From positions 64,377 to 128,376 of the IMG/VR virus record IMGVR_UViG_3300032038_000018: 64,000 nucleotides of DNA; one strand, given 5' to 3'. Below the pieces are notes generated by a model that did not search any database, was not told the DNA's origin, and saw only the letters and a program-made list of their open reading frames with translations. The DNA is from a virus. Its lineage: Duplodnaviria; Caudoviricetes. How positions within the stretch are numbered: position 1 is the first letter of the stretch; every line of letters begins with the position of its first letter. A program made the position numbers and the translations under genes. This document shows positions 1-10,513 of the stretch, piece after piece.

Positions 1-1
1 T

Positions 2-712
2 AATCAAGCTAATGCAGATATACGAAAGATGTTCTATGAAGCATTAAAAGACGCCGATCTATTAACATACGATGCTGAGACAATGAATGATCTGAAGCAT
101 ATAACATGTGTGCAATATGAATACAATTCATTCCCGAGAGATGAGGATATCTTTGTGATTACCAATCCTGCTAAGAAGAATAAATATCATTGGGATCATT
201 TTGGATATACCAAATATCAAATGAAGAATTGTACTGTATATGATCATTTGATGAAAATTATCGATCAGATAATAAAGACTAATATGACAAGTGATAGTGG
301 TAAGCCATATAAGATATTGATACTCACTAATATGATAGATGCAGTCGATAGAATATACGATATGCTAAAGCATAAAGTAAAGCGTACTATAACCAGATAT
401 CATACTAGGATACCTAAAGAAGAAGTTTCAAAATGTTTTGATGGCGATATTATCATCTCTACGTATCAAGCATTTGCCGAGGGTATAGATATCACGACGC
501 CACAAATTCAACATGTAATATCTCTTAATCCTGTAGATCCCGTAACAGCAAATCAGTCTGCGGGCAGATGCAGACCTATACCGGATACGATGTCTTATTA
601 TTGGATGCTGGTCGATATGGGTTTCGAGTATTGTAGAAATACAGAAACCAGAGTTACAAACTATTTAGCTAGATCAAAAATTGGTAAAATATCAAGGATT
701 GATGCAACGTGA
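2..712 (+). CDS. SF2 (DEAD/UvsW-like) helicase, C-terminal part; truncated by window edge
   Basis: Motif V-like IISTYQAFAEGIDI and motif VI QSAGRCR; frame is open back to the window start. Confidence 0.75.
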   Translation, partial: NQANADIRKMFYEALKDADLLTYDAETMNDLKHITCVQYEYNSFPRDEDIFVITNPAKKNKYHWDHFGYTKYQMKNCTVYDHLMKIIDQIIKTNMTSDSGKPYKILILTNMIDAVDRIYDMLKHKVKRTITRYHTRIPKEEVSKCFDGDIIISTYQAFAEGIDITTPQIQHVISLNPVDPVTANQSAGRCRPIPDTMSYYWMLVDMGFEYCRNTETRVTNYLARSKIGKISRIDAT

Positions 713-1293
713 TATCAATTCTACGTACACTATTAGCTGTAAATGAAATTAAACTATATTCTGCATGTACAAGGTTTGGCAGTCCTCAACTAGATATTGC
801 TCAAGGATTTGCCAGACCGGATTATAGTATCAAACTTTCATTTATACATACTGTAACTAAGAACAAGTTCAAGATTACACCTCAAAATCTGTATAATGTA
901 GTACATAATTTAGAGATTGCAGTAAATTGGTTTTATGATCCTAATATGAAAGATATGTTTTACATTGAAGATGAAATATTAAACTTTAACTATGATTATG
1001 CAAAGTTATATGTCAATGCATCTTCTCCTGATGGAAATCATATAGAGATACGACCAGTAGTTGATTACTCAAGATCTGAAAGAGGTAATGAAGGAATAGT
1101 TATGTACATCAATGATACAGAAAGTCAGACTATTATGCAGAGAAGTGATCTTGAAGCATTTTATATCACCTTGAAGAACTTTTCATTTCAGACAGAAGCG
1201 TTATTACTACTATATGAGCTAGACCGATCCGTAAAAGAGTATGTTGATAATGGAGGAACCATAAATGACACAGACACCTACAATTTTATCTGA
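709..1293 (+). CDS. Hypothetical protein
   Basis: 194-aa ORF overlapping the helicase stop (GTGA); operon context. Confidence 0.6.
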   Translation: MISILRTLLAVNEIKLYSACTRFGSPQLDIAQGFARPDYSIKLSFIHTVTKNKFKITPQNLYNVVHNLEIAVNWFYDPNMKDMFYIEDEILNFNYDYAKLYVNASSPDGNHIEIRPVVDYSRSERGNEGIVMYINDTESQTIMQRSDLEAFYITLKNFSFQTEALLLLYELDRSVKEYVDNGGTINDTDTYNFI

Positions 1294-2020
1294 TGCAAAG
1301 AGCTATGATATATCGTATATCATATCAGATGATGGATACGTCTATAATGCCGTGGCTTATGATAAGAATAATATCGATTTCGATTATAAGTACGCGTACA
1401 TTATAGACGATGTATTTCTTCCCTATAGAGGAGAATACAGAGAGAAGAAATCTTCTCTTCCCGGATTATATTCCAAAGATAAAGATCATGTCATAATAAT
1501 GCCGACAGAGGCAGAGCTCGAAGAATATAAAGCAGAGACTCATTATGGCAGAATAGACATTGATGCTTTATATGATGGCATTGTTGCTAAAGAAGATACA
1601 TTCCAGATATATGCAGATGGAAAGAATGCATATATTCCCGATATATCTATTAACGATGATCCGTTTAAGAGAGCACTTAAAGAAGCTATCATTACTAAAG
1701 GTATTGATATAGATTCTATTAAGGATAGATTCTCAGATCGAAATGCGGTATTCAACTTCAAGAGTGTAATGAAAGGAGACAACAAAGTCTCTACTCTTAT
1801 TTTCGAAAGAGGTTGCGAAGCATTTGGCTTAGGATATTGCATAATACTTTTCGATAAGGATAAAAACAATATCATAGGTCATCCTATAGACAGCAAGGAG
1901 ACCGAACAGAAAATAAATACTATAAGGAAACAGACAGGAATAGTATCAAATGGTATTCCTGAGGGATATTCTATTATAGTATCCGATACAGACAAGATCG
2001 AAATAAAAGGAGATCTCTAA
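1265..2020 (+). CDS. Hypothetical protein
   Basis: 251-aa ORF with GGAGG RBS; TAATG coupling to the next gene. Confidence 0.65.
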   Translation: MTQTPTILSDAKSYDISYIISDDGYVYNAVAYDKNNIDFDYKYAYIIDDVFLPYRGEYREKKSSLPGLYSKDKDHVIIMPTEAELEEYKAETHYGRIDIDALYDGIVAKEDTFQIYADGKNAYIPDISINDDPFKRALKEAIITKGIDIDSIKDRFSDRNAVFNFKSVMKGDNKVSTLIFERGCEAFGLGYCIILFDKDKNNIIGHPIDSKETEQKINTIRKQTGIVSNGIPEGYSIIVSDTDKIEIKGDL

Positions 2021-4674
2021 TGAAGATTACTTTATTAGAATTGACTAATTTCGCGGCTATATATGTGGGTCTGAGACGAGAACGTCTCAGACTCGACTTT
2101 TCTAAATTTGATAATATAATAACCATCATAGTTGGCGAAATGGGTACTGGTAAAACTACCATATTATCTCAACTTCATCCATGGTCTAATATAGGAGTAT
2201 TGGATGAGAGAAACTCAGATCAGATGATTAGATCTGAAAAAGACGGAATAAAACACATAGTATTTAAAGACGGAAATGATACATTCGATATAGTCCATAA
2301 ATATACATGGACTAAAGACCATCATTCTACTAAATCATTTTTTAAATTTAATGGAGAAGAATTGAACCCAAATGGAAATGTATCTTCTTTTAAAGATATA
2401 GTAACTAAAATGATGGGTGTTGACCAATCATATCTAAGAATAACTAGGCTCGGTCCTAATGTATCTAATCTAATAGATATGCCATGGAACCAACGTAAAT
2501 CATATGTTGCATCTATAATAGAGAATGTAGATATCTATACTAATATCTTAGTAGAGATAAGAAACATGATAAAGTCATGTGATGCTGAATTATCTGCTCT
2601 TACCAAACAAGTTATGGGTGTAACAGATGATGAACTAAAGAATATGAAAATACAATTAGTAGAATTAGATAAATCATTAGATGATGATTCTAAAAAGATA
2701 CTAAATATGTATGCTGATATACAACAGATAGTATCAGAGAATAATCTGATACTAGGTAAATATGAAAATGATATATCAGCTGCTAAAGGAAAAATAAATA
2801 GCAGACTATCTAGAAATAGAGATAAACAATCTGATTTATCTAATAGGATAAGAGAGCTTGATGGAAATATTGACATAAATACAGTCATGATGGAAATCGG
2901 TAGCATATCTGCTAATATAGACAATACTAAACAGAATAGATCTCTACTTGAGGATCAATACAATACATTATCTGTACAACTAAATCAATTAGAGACTAAG
3001 AAGAATAATTCAGCAGATTCACGGTATATGGAAGAGCTCATAAAGAATTATCAAGATCTGGTTAATAAGGTATCATTCTATAATGAGCAATTAGCTAATT
3101 ATAAGCCCGGAATGACATCTGCCGAAATAAATAGTCTAATATCCGATATACGGACATTAGATGAAATAATATTTGCTACCAGATCTTACAATAGACATAT
3201 TCTAAATGATATCTTATCATCATCTATGAATAATCCTGTATCATATGCTAAAGAGCAGATAAGTAAGTTACAGGAGAGAATAATCAAATTAAAAAGACAT
3301 ATATCCAATCTCAGATATCTTGAATCATATAACGTAACTAGTGAATTACCTGAGATAACTAATAAAGAATGTCTGTTATGTCCTTATTATACTACACATC
3401 CAAATATAGCTAAGAAAACAAATCAAGGGAAGACAGAATCTAAGATAAAAGAAATAAATGCTGAGATAGAAGAATGCCAGAATAAAATTAACTTGTATGA
3501 TGATTACTCTGTGGTAAATACCAAGATAGAGCAATGCAAACGTTTATTCTATAATATAAAAGATAGTGTACAAAAGCTTAGTGCACTTAAGTCTTATGAT
3601 ATTAAAGGCATACTGCTATCTAACAATGTGTGGTATGATTATGATAAAATAATTACAGAGCTAGAGTTGGCTGTAAACTATAATGACAGAAATATTATAT
3701 CATCAAAACTAATTGATCTGAAAGCTGAGATAGACAGATATGAGCATTTAAATTTAGATGAAATAGTTAAGCAGATAAAATCTAAATCTGATATGCTGGA
3801 AGATACTAAAACTGCAATTAAAGAATGCGATGACAATATAACTAAGCTTAATGGTGAATTAGAGCGTCTTAATAAAGTAATGAATGATTACACTATAATA
3901 GATGATCTGAAAAGAGATCTATCTGTAGTGGAAAAATTACTCGAAGATGATGACAAACTATTGGAAGAATTACTAAAAGATTCCGATAAATTGCAATCAA
4001 ATAAATTCGATTTAAATGATTTACAAGATAGGTTCGACCACTTACAGGGACAATACAATTCAAACAAAACAAACTACGAAAAGTTATCCAATACAATCAA
4101 TATTATAGAGACTAGTAAAGCTCAGATAAATGATTTACAAGAAAAGAAATACATATATGAATTAATAAAGGATGCATCATCTCCACAGACAGGTATTCCT
4201 CTTTTATATGTACAACTATTCTTGAATGATTGTATTACAATAACTAATCAACTTATATCTATGGTATTGGATGAGTCTGTAGAAATAATGGGTCTAGATT
4301 TATCTAAACCTGATATGAAAATCCCTTATAGAAAAAATGGTCAAATCATGGAAGATGTAAAGAGTGCATCTCAAGGTGAAAGAGCTGCTATATCTTTAGC
4401 ATTATCATTTGCATTTATGCATAAATGCTTAGCTATGAATAAAGGAGATTATAATTATAACATCTTACTTTTAGATGAAATAGATGCTCCATTTGATTCT
4501 AATGCCAGAGATAAATGCATTCAGATATTAGCTCAACAGATAAAAGTCAATAATGTAGAGCAAGTATTCTTCATTACTCATAATGATAGATACGATGGAT
4601 ATCCAGTTAATGTTATAGCTACATCTGACTCACCAAATATAAGAAAAGATGTACCTCTACTGAAAGTATACTAA
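2020..4674 (+). CDS. sbcC: SbcC/Rad50-like SMC-family ATPase
   Basis: Walker A GEMGTGKTT, long coiled coils around a CLLC zinc hook, signature ASQGE, Walker B LLLDE, H-loop ITH. Confidence 0.9.
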   Translation: MKITLLELTNFAAIYVGLRRERLRLDFSKFDNIITIIVGEMGTGKTTILSQLHPWSNIGVLDERNSDQMIRSEKDGIKHIVFKDGNDTFDIVHKYTWTKDHHSTKSFFKFNGEELNPNGNVSSFKDIVTKMMGVDQSYLRITRLGPNVSNLIDMPWNQRKSYVASIIENVDIYTNILVEIRNMIKSCDAELSALTKQVMGVTDDELKNMKIQLVELDKSLDDDSKKILNMYADIQQIVSENNLILGKYENDISAAKGKINSRLSRNRDKQSDLSNRIRELDGNIDINTVMMEIGSISANIDNTKQNRSLLEDQYNTLSVQLNQLETKKNNSADSRYMEELIKNYQDLVNKVSFYNEQLANYKPGMTSAEINSLISDIRTLDEIIFATRSYNRHILNDILSSSMNNPVSYAKEQISKLQERIIKLKRHISNLRYLESYNVTSELPEITNKECLLCPYYTTHPNIAKKTNQGKTESKIKEINAEIEECQNKINLYDDYSVVNTKIEQCKRLFYNIKDSVQKLSALKSYDIKGILLSNNVWYDYDKIITELELAVNYNDRNIISSKLIDLKAEIDRYEHLNLDEIVKQIKSKSDMLEDTKTAIKECDDNITKLNGELERLNKVMNDYTIIDDLKRDLSVVEKLLEDDDKLLEELLKDSDKLQSNKFDLNDLQDRFDHLQGQYNSNKTNYEKLSNTINIIETSKAQINDLQEKKYIYELIKDASSPQTGIPLLYVQLFLNDCITITNQLISMVLDESVEIMGLDLSKPDMKIPYRKNGQIMEDVKSASQGERAAISLALSFAFMHKCLAMNKGDYNYNILLLDEIDAPFDSNARDKCIQILAQQIKVNNVEQVFFITHNDRYDGYPVNVIATSDSPNIRKDVPLLKVY

Positions 4675-4710
4675 AATATACGGGCATACTATGCCCGTAT
4701 ATTATTTTTT
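4675..4710 (+). terminator. Intrinsic terminator hairpin
   Basis: AATATACGGGCAT/ATGCCCGTATATT inverted repeat followed by a T-run, immediately after the sbcC stop. Confidence 0.75.
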
Positions 4711-4715
4711 GTAAC

Positions 4716-4726
4716 TTATATATTAT
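4716..4726 (+). promoter_or_regulatory. Putative early-type phage promoter motif TTATATATTAT
   Basis: Same 11-mer (TTATATATYAT) recurs upstream of genes at 50616, 60042 and 60501; resembles the TATATTAT/TATATTAC early promoters of AR9/phiKZ. Confidence 0.5.
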
Positions 4727-4741
4727 AATAGTGGAAAGGAG

Positions 4742-5149
4742 ATGATTAATATGACCACAAACGAGTCATATCAAATGTATCTAGACAACCAAGAAGTGTG
4801 TGAGATTTGCAACTCACATGCTTCCGATTTGAGGACAATCGCGGAGAACCGCGATGTGTTCTCACTCCTTAAGGAGGACCTGCCACGCCCTCCAAAACGC
4901 AGGAAGGTAATAAAGCTTTTCAAGGAGAAGTTGGTTATCATCCTAATCGCATTCTGTTGCGCAGCATTGTCCATCCAGCACATAGTGCTGACGATGCACG
5001 CAGCAGGTGCAGACGCTCCAATCTTCTACAAAGGGTGGCAACAAGAAGATTGGTGTATCTGTTTACTAATGCTCATTGCGATGGGCATTGACTACTGCGC
5101 ACTGCTAGTAGTCAGACGCAACGAAAGGAGGGTTGAGCATGGAGTTTGA
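4742..5149 (+). CDS. Hypothetical membrane protein (two predicted TM helices)
   Basis: AAGGAG RBS; hydrophobic segments LVIILIAFCCAALSI and WCICLLMLIAMGIDYCALLVV. Confidence 0.6.
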   Translation: MINMTTNESYQMYLDNQEVCEICNSHASDLRTIAENRDVFSLLKEDLPRPPKRRKVIKLFKEKLVIILIAFCCAALSIQHIVLTMHAAGADAPIFYKGWQQEDWCICLLMLIAMGIDYCALLVVRRNERRVEHGV

Positions 5150-5214
5150 TACTTCCATCGTTGTGGTTATAGATTGAATTGAATGATATAATTTAATCTA
5201 TAACAAATGAAATG

Positions 5215-5250
5215 AAAATAAGGTACCTCAAAAGGGTACCTTATTTTTTT
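5215..5250. terminator. Bidirectional terminator between convergent genes
   Basis: AAAATAAGGTACC/GGTACCTTATTTT inverted repeat. Confidence 0.7.
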
Positions 5251-5274
5251 GTTTTTTTTATCGTGCTATGCGAC

Positions 5275-5937
5275 TCAATTAGCCTTAGACTTATTGGGTG
5301 CATGTGTGGGGTTCTTGCCCCTCTCAGAAGTCTGCTTAGATACATCTACGCGCTTCTTGAGATCCTTGCCAGATGCAGTTGTGATATTGGAAGCCTTAGC
5401 AGAAGAATTATGCTTAGCCTTAAGCACATTAGCCCTTGCCTTATTCTCGTACTTGTCAAAGATCTTCTGTCTATTGGTACGCATAAGACCTCTGAACTTC
5501 TTATACTTTGCATAGAGAGGATCACCCTTCTTGCAAGCTATACGGATGCACTCTCTACGAATAAGACGCTGGCGATTCTTTGCTTTCCAGTCATCAATCT
5601 TAAGAGTCTTTATTGCTTCAAGAGCTCTGGATGCACTAGGAATAAGACCATAAAGTTCCCACTCTACAGCATTCTCCTGTACATAGTCAACGAACTCTGC
5701 ATCGCTCTCAAAAGATTCACGAACTGTATCAAGGAAGATAGTTGCTTCAGCAGCTTCAGTTAATTCAGTATCATCGTCTGCATCTTCAAATACAGGATCA
5801 AAGTCAACGTCAAAATCAACGTCAAAGTCGAAGCTCTCATCAGCAACGTCATCTGCATCTTCGAAATTATCATCGAACGCAATATCATTATCATCATCGT
5901 CAAAAGATATAGCGTCGAGCTCTTCATCTTCAAACAT
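5275..5937 (-). CDS. Putative internal head protein with acidic propeptide and basic C-terminus
   Basis: AAGGAGG RBS; D/E/F-rich N-terminal ~60 aa, AAE and ALE motifs, K/R-rich C-terminal half. Confidence 0.6.
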   Translation of the reverse strand: MFEDEELDAISFDDDDNDIAFDDNFEDADDVADESFDFDVDFDVDFDPVFEDADDDTELTEAAEATIFLDTVRESFESDAEFVDYVQENAVEWELYGLIPSASRALEAIKTLKIDDWKAKNRQRLIRRECIRIACKKGDPLYAKYKKFRGLMRTNRQKIFDKYENKARANVLKAKHNSSAKASNITTASGKDLKKRVDVSKQTSERGKNPTHAPNKSKAN

Positions 5938-6044
5938 TATTGTTTTCCTCCTTTATGAGAATTGGATACGATTTCCGCACCTAATTAACAATGTTGTTCC
6001 ACAGTGTATTCATATTATATAATTTAATTATATATTTTAACTCT

Positions 6045-6059
6045 GACAAAATGGTAAAT
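6045..6059 (+). promoter_or_regulatory. Putative late-type promoter GACA-N6-TAAAT
   Basis: Matches the recurrent RACA-N6-TAA motif. Confidence 0.5.
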
Positions 6060-6081
6060 TTAGTAAAGGAGGATATAAAAA

Positions 6082-8133
6082 ATGACATTCAAAGACGGCT
6101 GGATAAAACAGATGTCTGATGTGTTAAAAATGAATTCATCATCCGATATCAATATGTCAGATGACGAATTAGCATCAGCATTATCTAGCATTTATGATGA
6201 ACATGTTAATTCACCAAATGTGAGTTTAGTTAATAACTACAAAGGCTTTGCGGTGCAATGCTCATTAGAAGAAATATTTAACATTATAACGAGTGACAAC
6301 GCAATCTTAGCCGGTGATGGAGTTTTATTCCGGAAGCAAAATAAAGAGCTTTCTGATATGGTACCTGTAATTATTAAGTACCAACAAGACAGAAAGAAAG
6401 AGAAGAATCTTATGAAGCAGTATGAGAAAGGTACTGCAGAATATTTATATCATGACAGAAATCAGAGAAACAAGAAAGTTGTCATTAATGCATTATACGG
6501 ATTATTTGGATATGCTAAGTTTAGATTCTTTAATATAAACATAGCACAATCTGTTACTGCATCTGGTCAGTTGATAATATCAACTGCAACATGTTGTTTT
6601 GAGAACTTCTTGGCAGACAATACTAAGTTTATTTTATTTGATGAGTGTATTTTATTCATCAATAGAATGCAATCATTCTATAATAGTTTACCTGAAGAAG
6701 ATAAACTCTTATTTATGTATCTGCCAGATATTACACTGGAAGATGCCGTTCATCGTATCAGTGAACATTCATACAGCAACTATACTGCGAATGAAGCAAC
6801 ATATATAATTGACTGTCTAAAGAATTTATCGCAAGATGAATTAAAACTTATATATTATAAGAATAATCTAAGGGCATTCAATGATACTGATTATGTGCAC
6901 AATTTACTACAAGAAATATTTGACGCAATCGAACATCTGCAATTGGGTGAATTAACTGCATTCGATTCACCTGAAAAGTTTAATACAATATGCCAACCAA
7001 ATGCAAAAGGATTGGTTGAGAAACTTATTCACTTATATGACATATTTGTTTTAGACACACATCAAGTCTTCGATAGAGTTAGACGTACTAAATATACATC
7101 AAAGAAATCTGTAATGTATATTGACACCGACTCAAACTTTGTAGCGCTTGAAGAATTTGTAGATTATTTCACAAATACTGTACATGATAAATATAACAAT
7201 ATGGATTCATTCATATTCAAGTGTACTTCTATACTAACCATAATAGTATCGCATGTAGTAGCAGAAACATATACTGAATTTGCTAAGAGCATGAATATTG
7301 AAATGAGTTATGGTAGTAGAATACGAATGAAGAATGAATTCTTATTCTCTATATTAGTATTTGGTACATCTAAGAAGAGATACTTTGGTAAGATGATAAT
7401 ACAAGAGGGCAAACTTATCAAAGAAGGTAAAGGTGCTATAGAGATAAAAGGTTTTGACTTTAAGAAAGCAGCAACAAAAGTCGAGATCTATGATAAGATA
7501 TGCAAGATGCTATTTGACACAATACTCGACGTAAATCAAATTTCATATGGCGATGTATTAAGAAGTGCCAATGATTTTAAAGAAAACATCAAGAAAGACA
7601 TTTTAAACGGCAGCAATCTATACTACAAACAGTTATCCGTTAGTACACCAGATAAATATAAGAACCCTTATAGTATGCAAGGCATCAAAGGCGTTCTTCT
7701 CTGGAATGCTATAGTTGATAAACAAGATAGGATGGAATTTCCAACGGAAGTTGATATAATTCCTATACCATTTGATAAGTTTAGCGATAAGAAATTCAAA
7801 GAGTTTTTGAATAATCCGAAAGCGTTCTTTGAAGCAAATGGTAGAGATCCTAAGTATAGTGCGTTATACAATTTCTATTCAAATCATAGCGAACAGTTTA
7901 CACGCATGATTATAACTATGACAGAACACCCAGATATATGGACAAAATTCCCATCTAGTATAGCTAAACCTAGGGCAATGACAGAATTGCCTGATTGGTT
8001 AAAAGATATAATAGATATTGACACAATCGTCCATAACAATGTAAACTTAATAAACCCAATTTTAGAGAGTGTTGGCATTCCTATTATCAATGAGAAATTA
8101 GGCCCAATGTTTACCACTCTAGTTAGTCTTTAA
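6082..8133 (+). CDS. Family B DNA polymerase, C-terminal subunit (fingers, motifs B and C, thumb)
   Basis: KKVVINALYGLFG (motif B), YIDTDS (motif C), SKKRYFG, EIKG; lacks the exonuclease and motif A. Confidence 0.88.
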   Translation: MTFKDGWIKQMSDVLKMNSSSDINMSDDELASALSSIYDEHVNSPNVSLVNNYKGFAVQCSLEEIFNIITSDNAILAGDGVLFRKQNKELSDMVPVIIKYQQDRKKEKNLMKQYEKGTAEYLYHDRNQRNKKVVINALYGLFGYAKFRFFNINIAQSVTASGQLIISTATCCFENFLADNTKFILFDECILFINRMQSFYNSLPEEDKLLFMYLPDITLEDAVHRISEHSYSNYTANEATYIIDCLKNLSQDELKLIYYKNNLRAFNDTDYVHNLLQEIFDAIEHLQLGELTAFDSPEKFNTICQPNAKGLVEKLIHLYDIFVLDTHQVFDRVRRTKYTSKKSVMYIDTDSNFVALEEFVDYFTNTVHDKYNNMDSFIFKCTSILTIIVSHVVAETYTEFAKSMNIEMSYGSRIRMKNEFLFSILVFGTSKKRYFGKMIIQEGKLIKEGKGAIEIKGFDFKKAATKVEIYDKICKMLFDTILDVNQISYGDVLRSANDFKENIKKDILNGSNLYYKQLSVSTPDKYKNPYSMQGIKGVLLWNAIVDKQDRMEFPTEVDIIPIPFDKFSDKKFKEFLNNPKAFFEANGRDPKYSALYNFYSNHSEQFTRMIITMTEHPDIWTKFPSSIAKPRAMTELPDWLKDIIDIDTIVHNNVNLINPILESVGIPIINEKLGPMFTTLVSL

Positions 8134-8723
8134 TGAGGTATAAAATGCCAAAAATGGAAATACGCCCGAGAGATGATTTAGAAGCCTTTGCTGCACTCGA
8201 AGAACAGGAAATGAAGGCTTCAAAAAAGAATATGCACCCATTCACAGGTGAGCAGATACGGAAACTCTGTGAGAATGAATATGTCGAGCAGATATCTGCA
8301 TATAAGATAAAATACACCGATAAATTCAAGGAGTATTTTATAATGCGTTGGCAGCAAGGCATGAGTGCATTTCAAATATTTTCAGAATGCGGAATAGATC
8401 CAGAAATAGTTGGCAGAGGTCGAATCTGGAATTTTCGTAGAAGCCTTGGTATAAGATGTCGCCCTCGAAGAACAGGAAACGAAGACTTCAAAGCTGATGC
8501 TATATCTGAAAAAGTTACAACAACACAACTAATTGATAAGATTGACTCAATTGTATCAATCAGCAACGAAATGAAATACCAGTTAGATTTAATGAAACAG
8601 AATGAGAAAAATGTGATTTTGATGTTATTTGATTCATTACCGTATGATGATAAAGCAGATATTATTCTCAAATTACAATATAAACTGAGAGCATTGGAAG
8701 CAATGCAACAAAATTTAACATAG
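8133..8723 (+). CDS. HTH protein resembling the IS3-family OrfA N-terminal domain
   Basis: FTGEQIRKLCENEYV...IKYTDKFKEYF...GMSAFQIFSECGIDPEIVG pattern; no DDE ORF nearby. Confidence 0.55.
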   Translation: MRYKMPKMEIRPRDDLEAFAALEEQEMKASKKNMHPFTGEQIRKLCENEYVEQISAYKIKYTDKFKEYFIMRWQQGMSAFQIFSECGIDPEIVGRGRIWNFRRSLGIRCRPRRTGNEDFKADAISEKVTTTQLIDKIDSIVSISNEMKYQLDLMKQNEKNVILMLFDSLPYDDKADIILKLQYKLRALEAMQQNLT

Positions 8724-8806
8724 TATTTAAATTAGTATGGTTGATTGGATTTAATTTACCAATCAACCATACTATAATTTTTAATATATTAACGGAGGAA
8801 ATTAAT

Positions 8807-9637
8807 ATGGCAGACTTTAATAACGGTGGCGGATATAATGCCACATACTTTAGACCATCTACTGATGGTCTAGCACTGTTTAATGAAAACACGATGCTCA
8901 AGATTGCATATTATGATACATATATGAAATTTGAGCTAAGAGAGAAAAATATGGAAGGAAAGTTTCCAACTCCTGAGCCAGGCAGAGATATATCCGTATT
9001 GCTGAGCGCAGAAAAGGCTGCAGCATTTATGCTAATGCTTGATGAGTTTGAGGAAAAAATCATTTCATATAATAATGATTTTGCAGATGGTAAAGACTGC
9101 AGTGGTTATAAGCCATTCTCAATAGCAATACATGTTGGGTCAACTCCCGAGAAGACCAGAGTACTTCAGATAAGTACAGGTACTGCTATAGAAGGACAAG
9201 GATTTGTTCCTGTAGTATTCATTCATGTAGGTGTTGATTCTACACTCGCTGCAACTAGCACATATACATTCCAGACAAAGACATGTCCATGTCTGGTTGA
9301 CTATGAATCAACATCCGGCACATTTGAATTAGTCCATAAGCTTGGTCAGTATGAAGTAATTGCTCTGGCTATAAGAGGCTTTGCGTATGCAAGTAGCAGA
9401 GCAGTTTCTCATTTCAATAAGACACGCATCAATGATGAAAGACTCATGACTATGGAAAAGGTTGTTAATCTATTAGCTGAGCATTTCAATATTCAGATAC
9501 CTGATTCGAATAGCTCCAATAATAAATTTAGAGCAGTTTCACCATTTGAATCATTCGTATCTAATACACCTCAGCAGCCACCAGTTATAGAGAATGGTGG
9601 AGATTTGGGAACCCTTCTTGGAATTCCTAATACATAA
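8807..9637 (+). CDS. Hypothetical protein
   Basis: GGAGG RBS before the ATG at 8807 (ORF track starts at 8741). Confidence 0.65.
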   Translation: MADFNNGGGYNATYFRPSTDGLALFNENTMLKIAYYDTYMKFELREKNMEGKFPTPEPGRDISVLLSAEKAAAFMLMLDEFEEKIISYNNDFADGKDCSGYKPFSIAIHVGSTPEKTRVLQISTGTAIEGQGFVPVVFIHVGVDSTLAATSTYTFQTKTCPCLVDYESTSGTFELVHKLGQYEVIALAIRGFAYASSRAVSHFNKTRINDERLMTMEKVVNLLAEHFNIQIPDSNSSNNKFRAVSPFESFVSNTPQQPPVIENGGDLGTLLGIPNT

Positions 9638-9691
9638 ACCCATTATAATATGGGTGCTTTTCGGCACCCATATTTTTTTGGAGATGTAACT

Positions 9692-10513
9692 ATGAATTTA
9701 TTTGATAGTATAAAAGACGCTAATCGAGATGAGATAATAGCAATCCCATTCTATGGATGGATCAAAAATCCTGTAGAGAGTATGATACGTTATCTCATGT
9801 CTACAGGTAAATTTAGCAAATGGCTATCTAAATATCCTGATCTAAATTTGTTTCCTATAACTGACCAGAATAGATTATTTAGTTTATCATCTCAATATAC
9901 AATAAATTCGTTTAGACGATTATTGATTGAATCGGGTAAAAGAAATGGTATAAATGAAAATCAAGCAGATGCCGACTTTAATGAAATGCTAATGAATGCA
10001 GATCCACGAAGATGTGTAGCCACACTAATGGAACTCGTAGTGGCTAAATTATTAAATGAGCCATTTGTTAAATACATTTATATCTATGAGCCCGTGATGA
10101 GTGATGCGATAAAGAGATATCTGGCTGACATATATACGGAAAATACCGAGAGAATAATTTTACTTGAGTCAAACATCAAAGCGATAATAGAATCAAGTAA
10201 ACCTAAATTCACTACGATATATGTAGAAGATACAGATCAATTCATGGATGTGTTACAATCATATACTAAAGAAGAACGTGAAAAGTATATGACGACTACA
10301 TATTATATACTGCCTGCAAAATCAAGTTTAACTGATAAGGCTAAACAATTATCTGCATCTATGGGAGTATTACCTACAGGTGAAGATCCATATAGATATC
10401 AGGGCTTTATTAAAGGTACATTAGCTGAAACAAAATCTACAGCAGATTTTATGCAGCTTAAATACATTGGGTATAATGAACCAAAAAATAGTAAAACGGA
10501 GGAAAAGAAATAA
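9692..10513 (+). CDS. Hypothetical protein
   Basis: GGAG RBS before the ATG at 9692; TAATG coupling to the chaperonin gene. Confidence 0.6.
   Translation: MNLFDSIKDANRDEIIAIPFYGWIKNPVESMIRYLMSTGKFSKWLSKYPDLNLFPITDQNRLFSLSSQYTINSFRRLLIESGKRNGINENQADADFNEMLMNADPRRCVATLMELVVAKLLNEPFVKYIYIYEPVMSDAIKRYLADIYTENTERIILLESNIKAIIESSKPKFTTIYVEDTDQFMDVLQSYTKEEREKYMTTTYYILPAKSSLTDKAKQLSASMGVLPTGEDPYRYQGFIKGTLAETKSTADFMQLKYIGYNEPKNSKTEEKK

Noticed and set aside
5984-5998. Late promoters upstream of 5937 and 63591
   Set aside because: Spacing is N7 rather than N6; plausible variants, but not counted as matches
8133-8723. Active IS3 element
   Set aside because: No DDE transposase, terminal inverted repeats or target-site duplication seen
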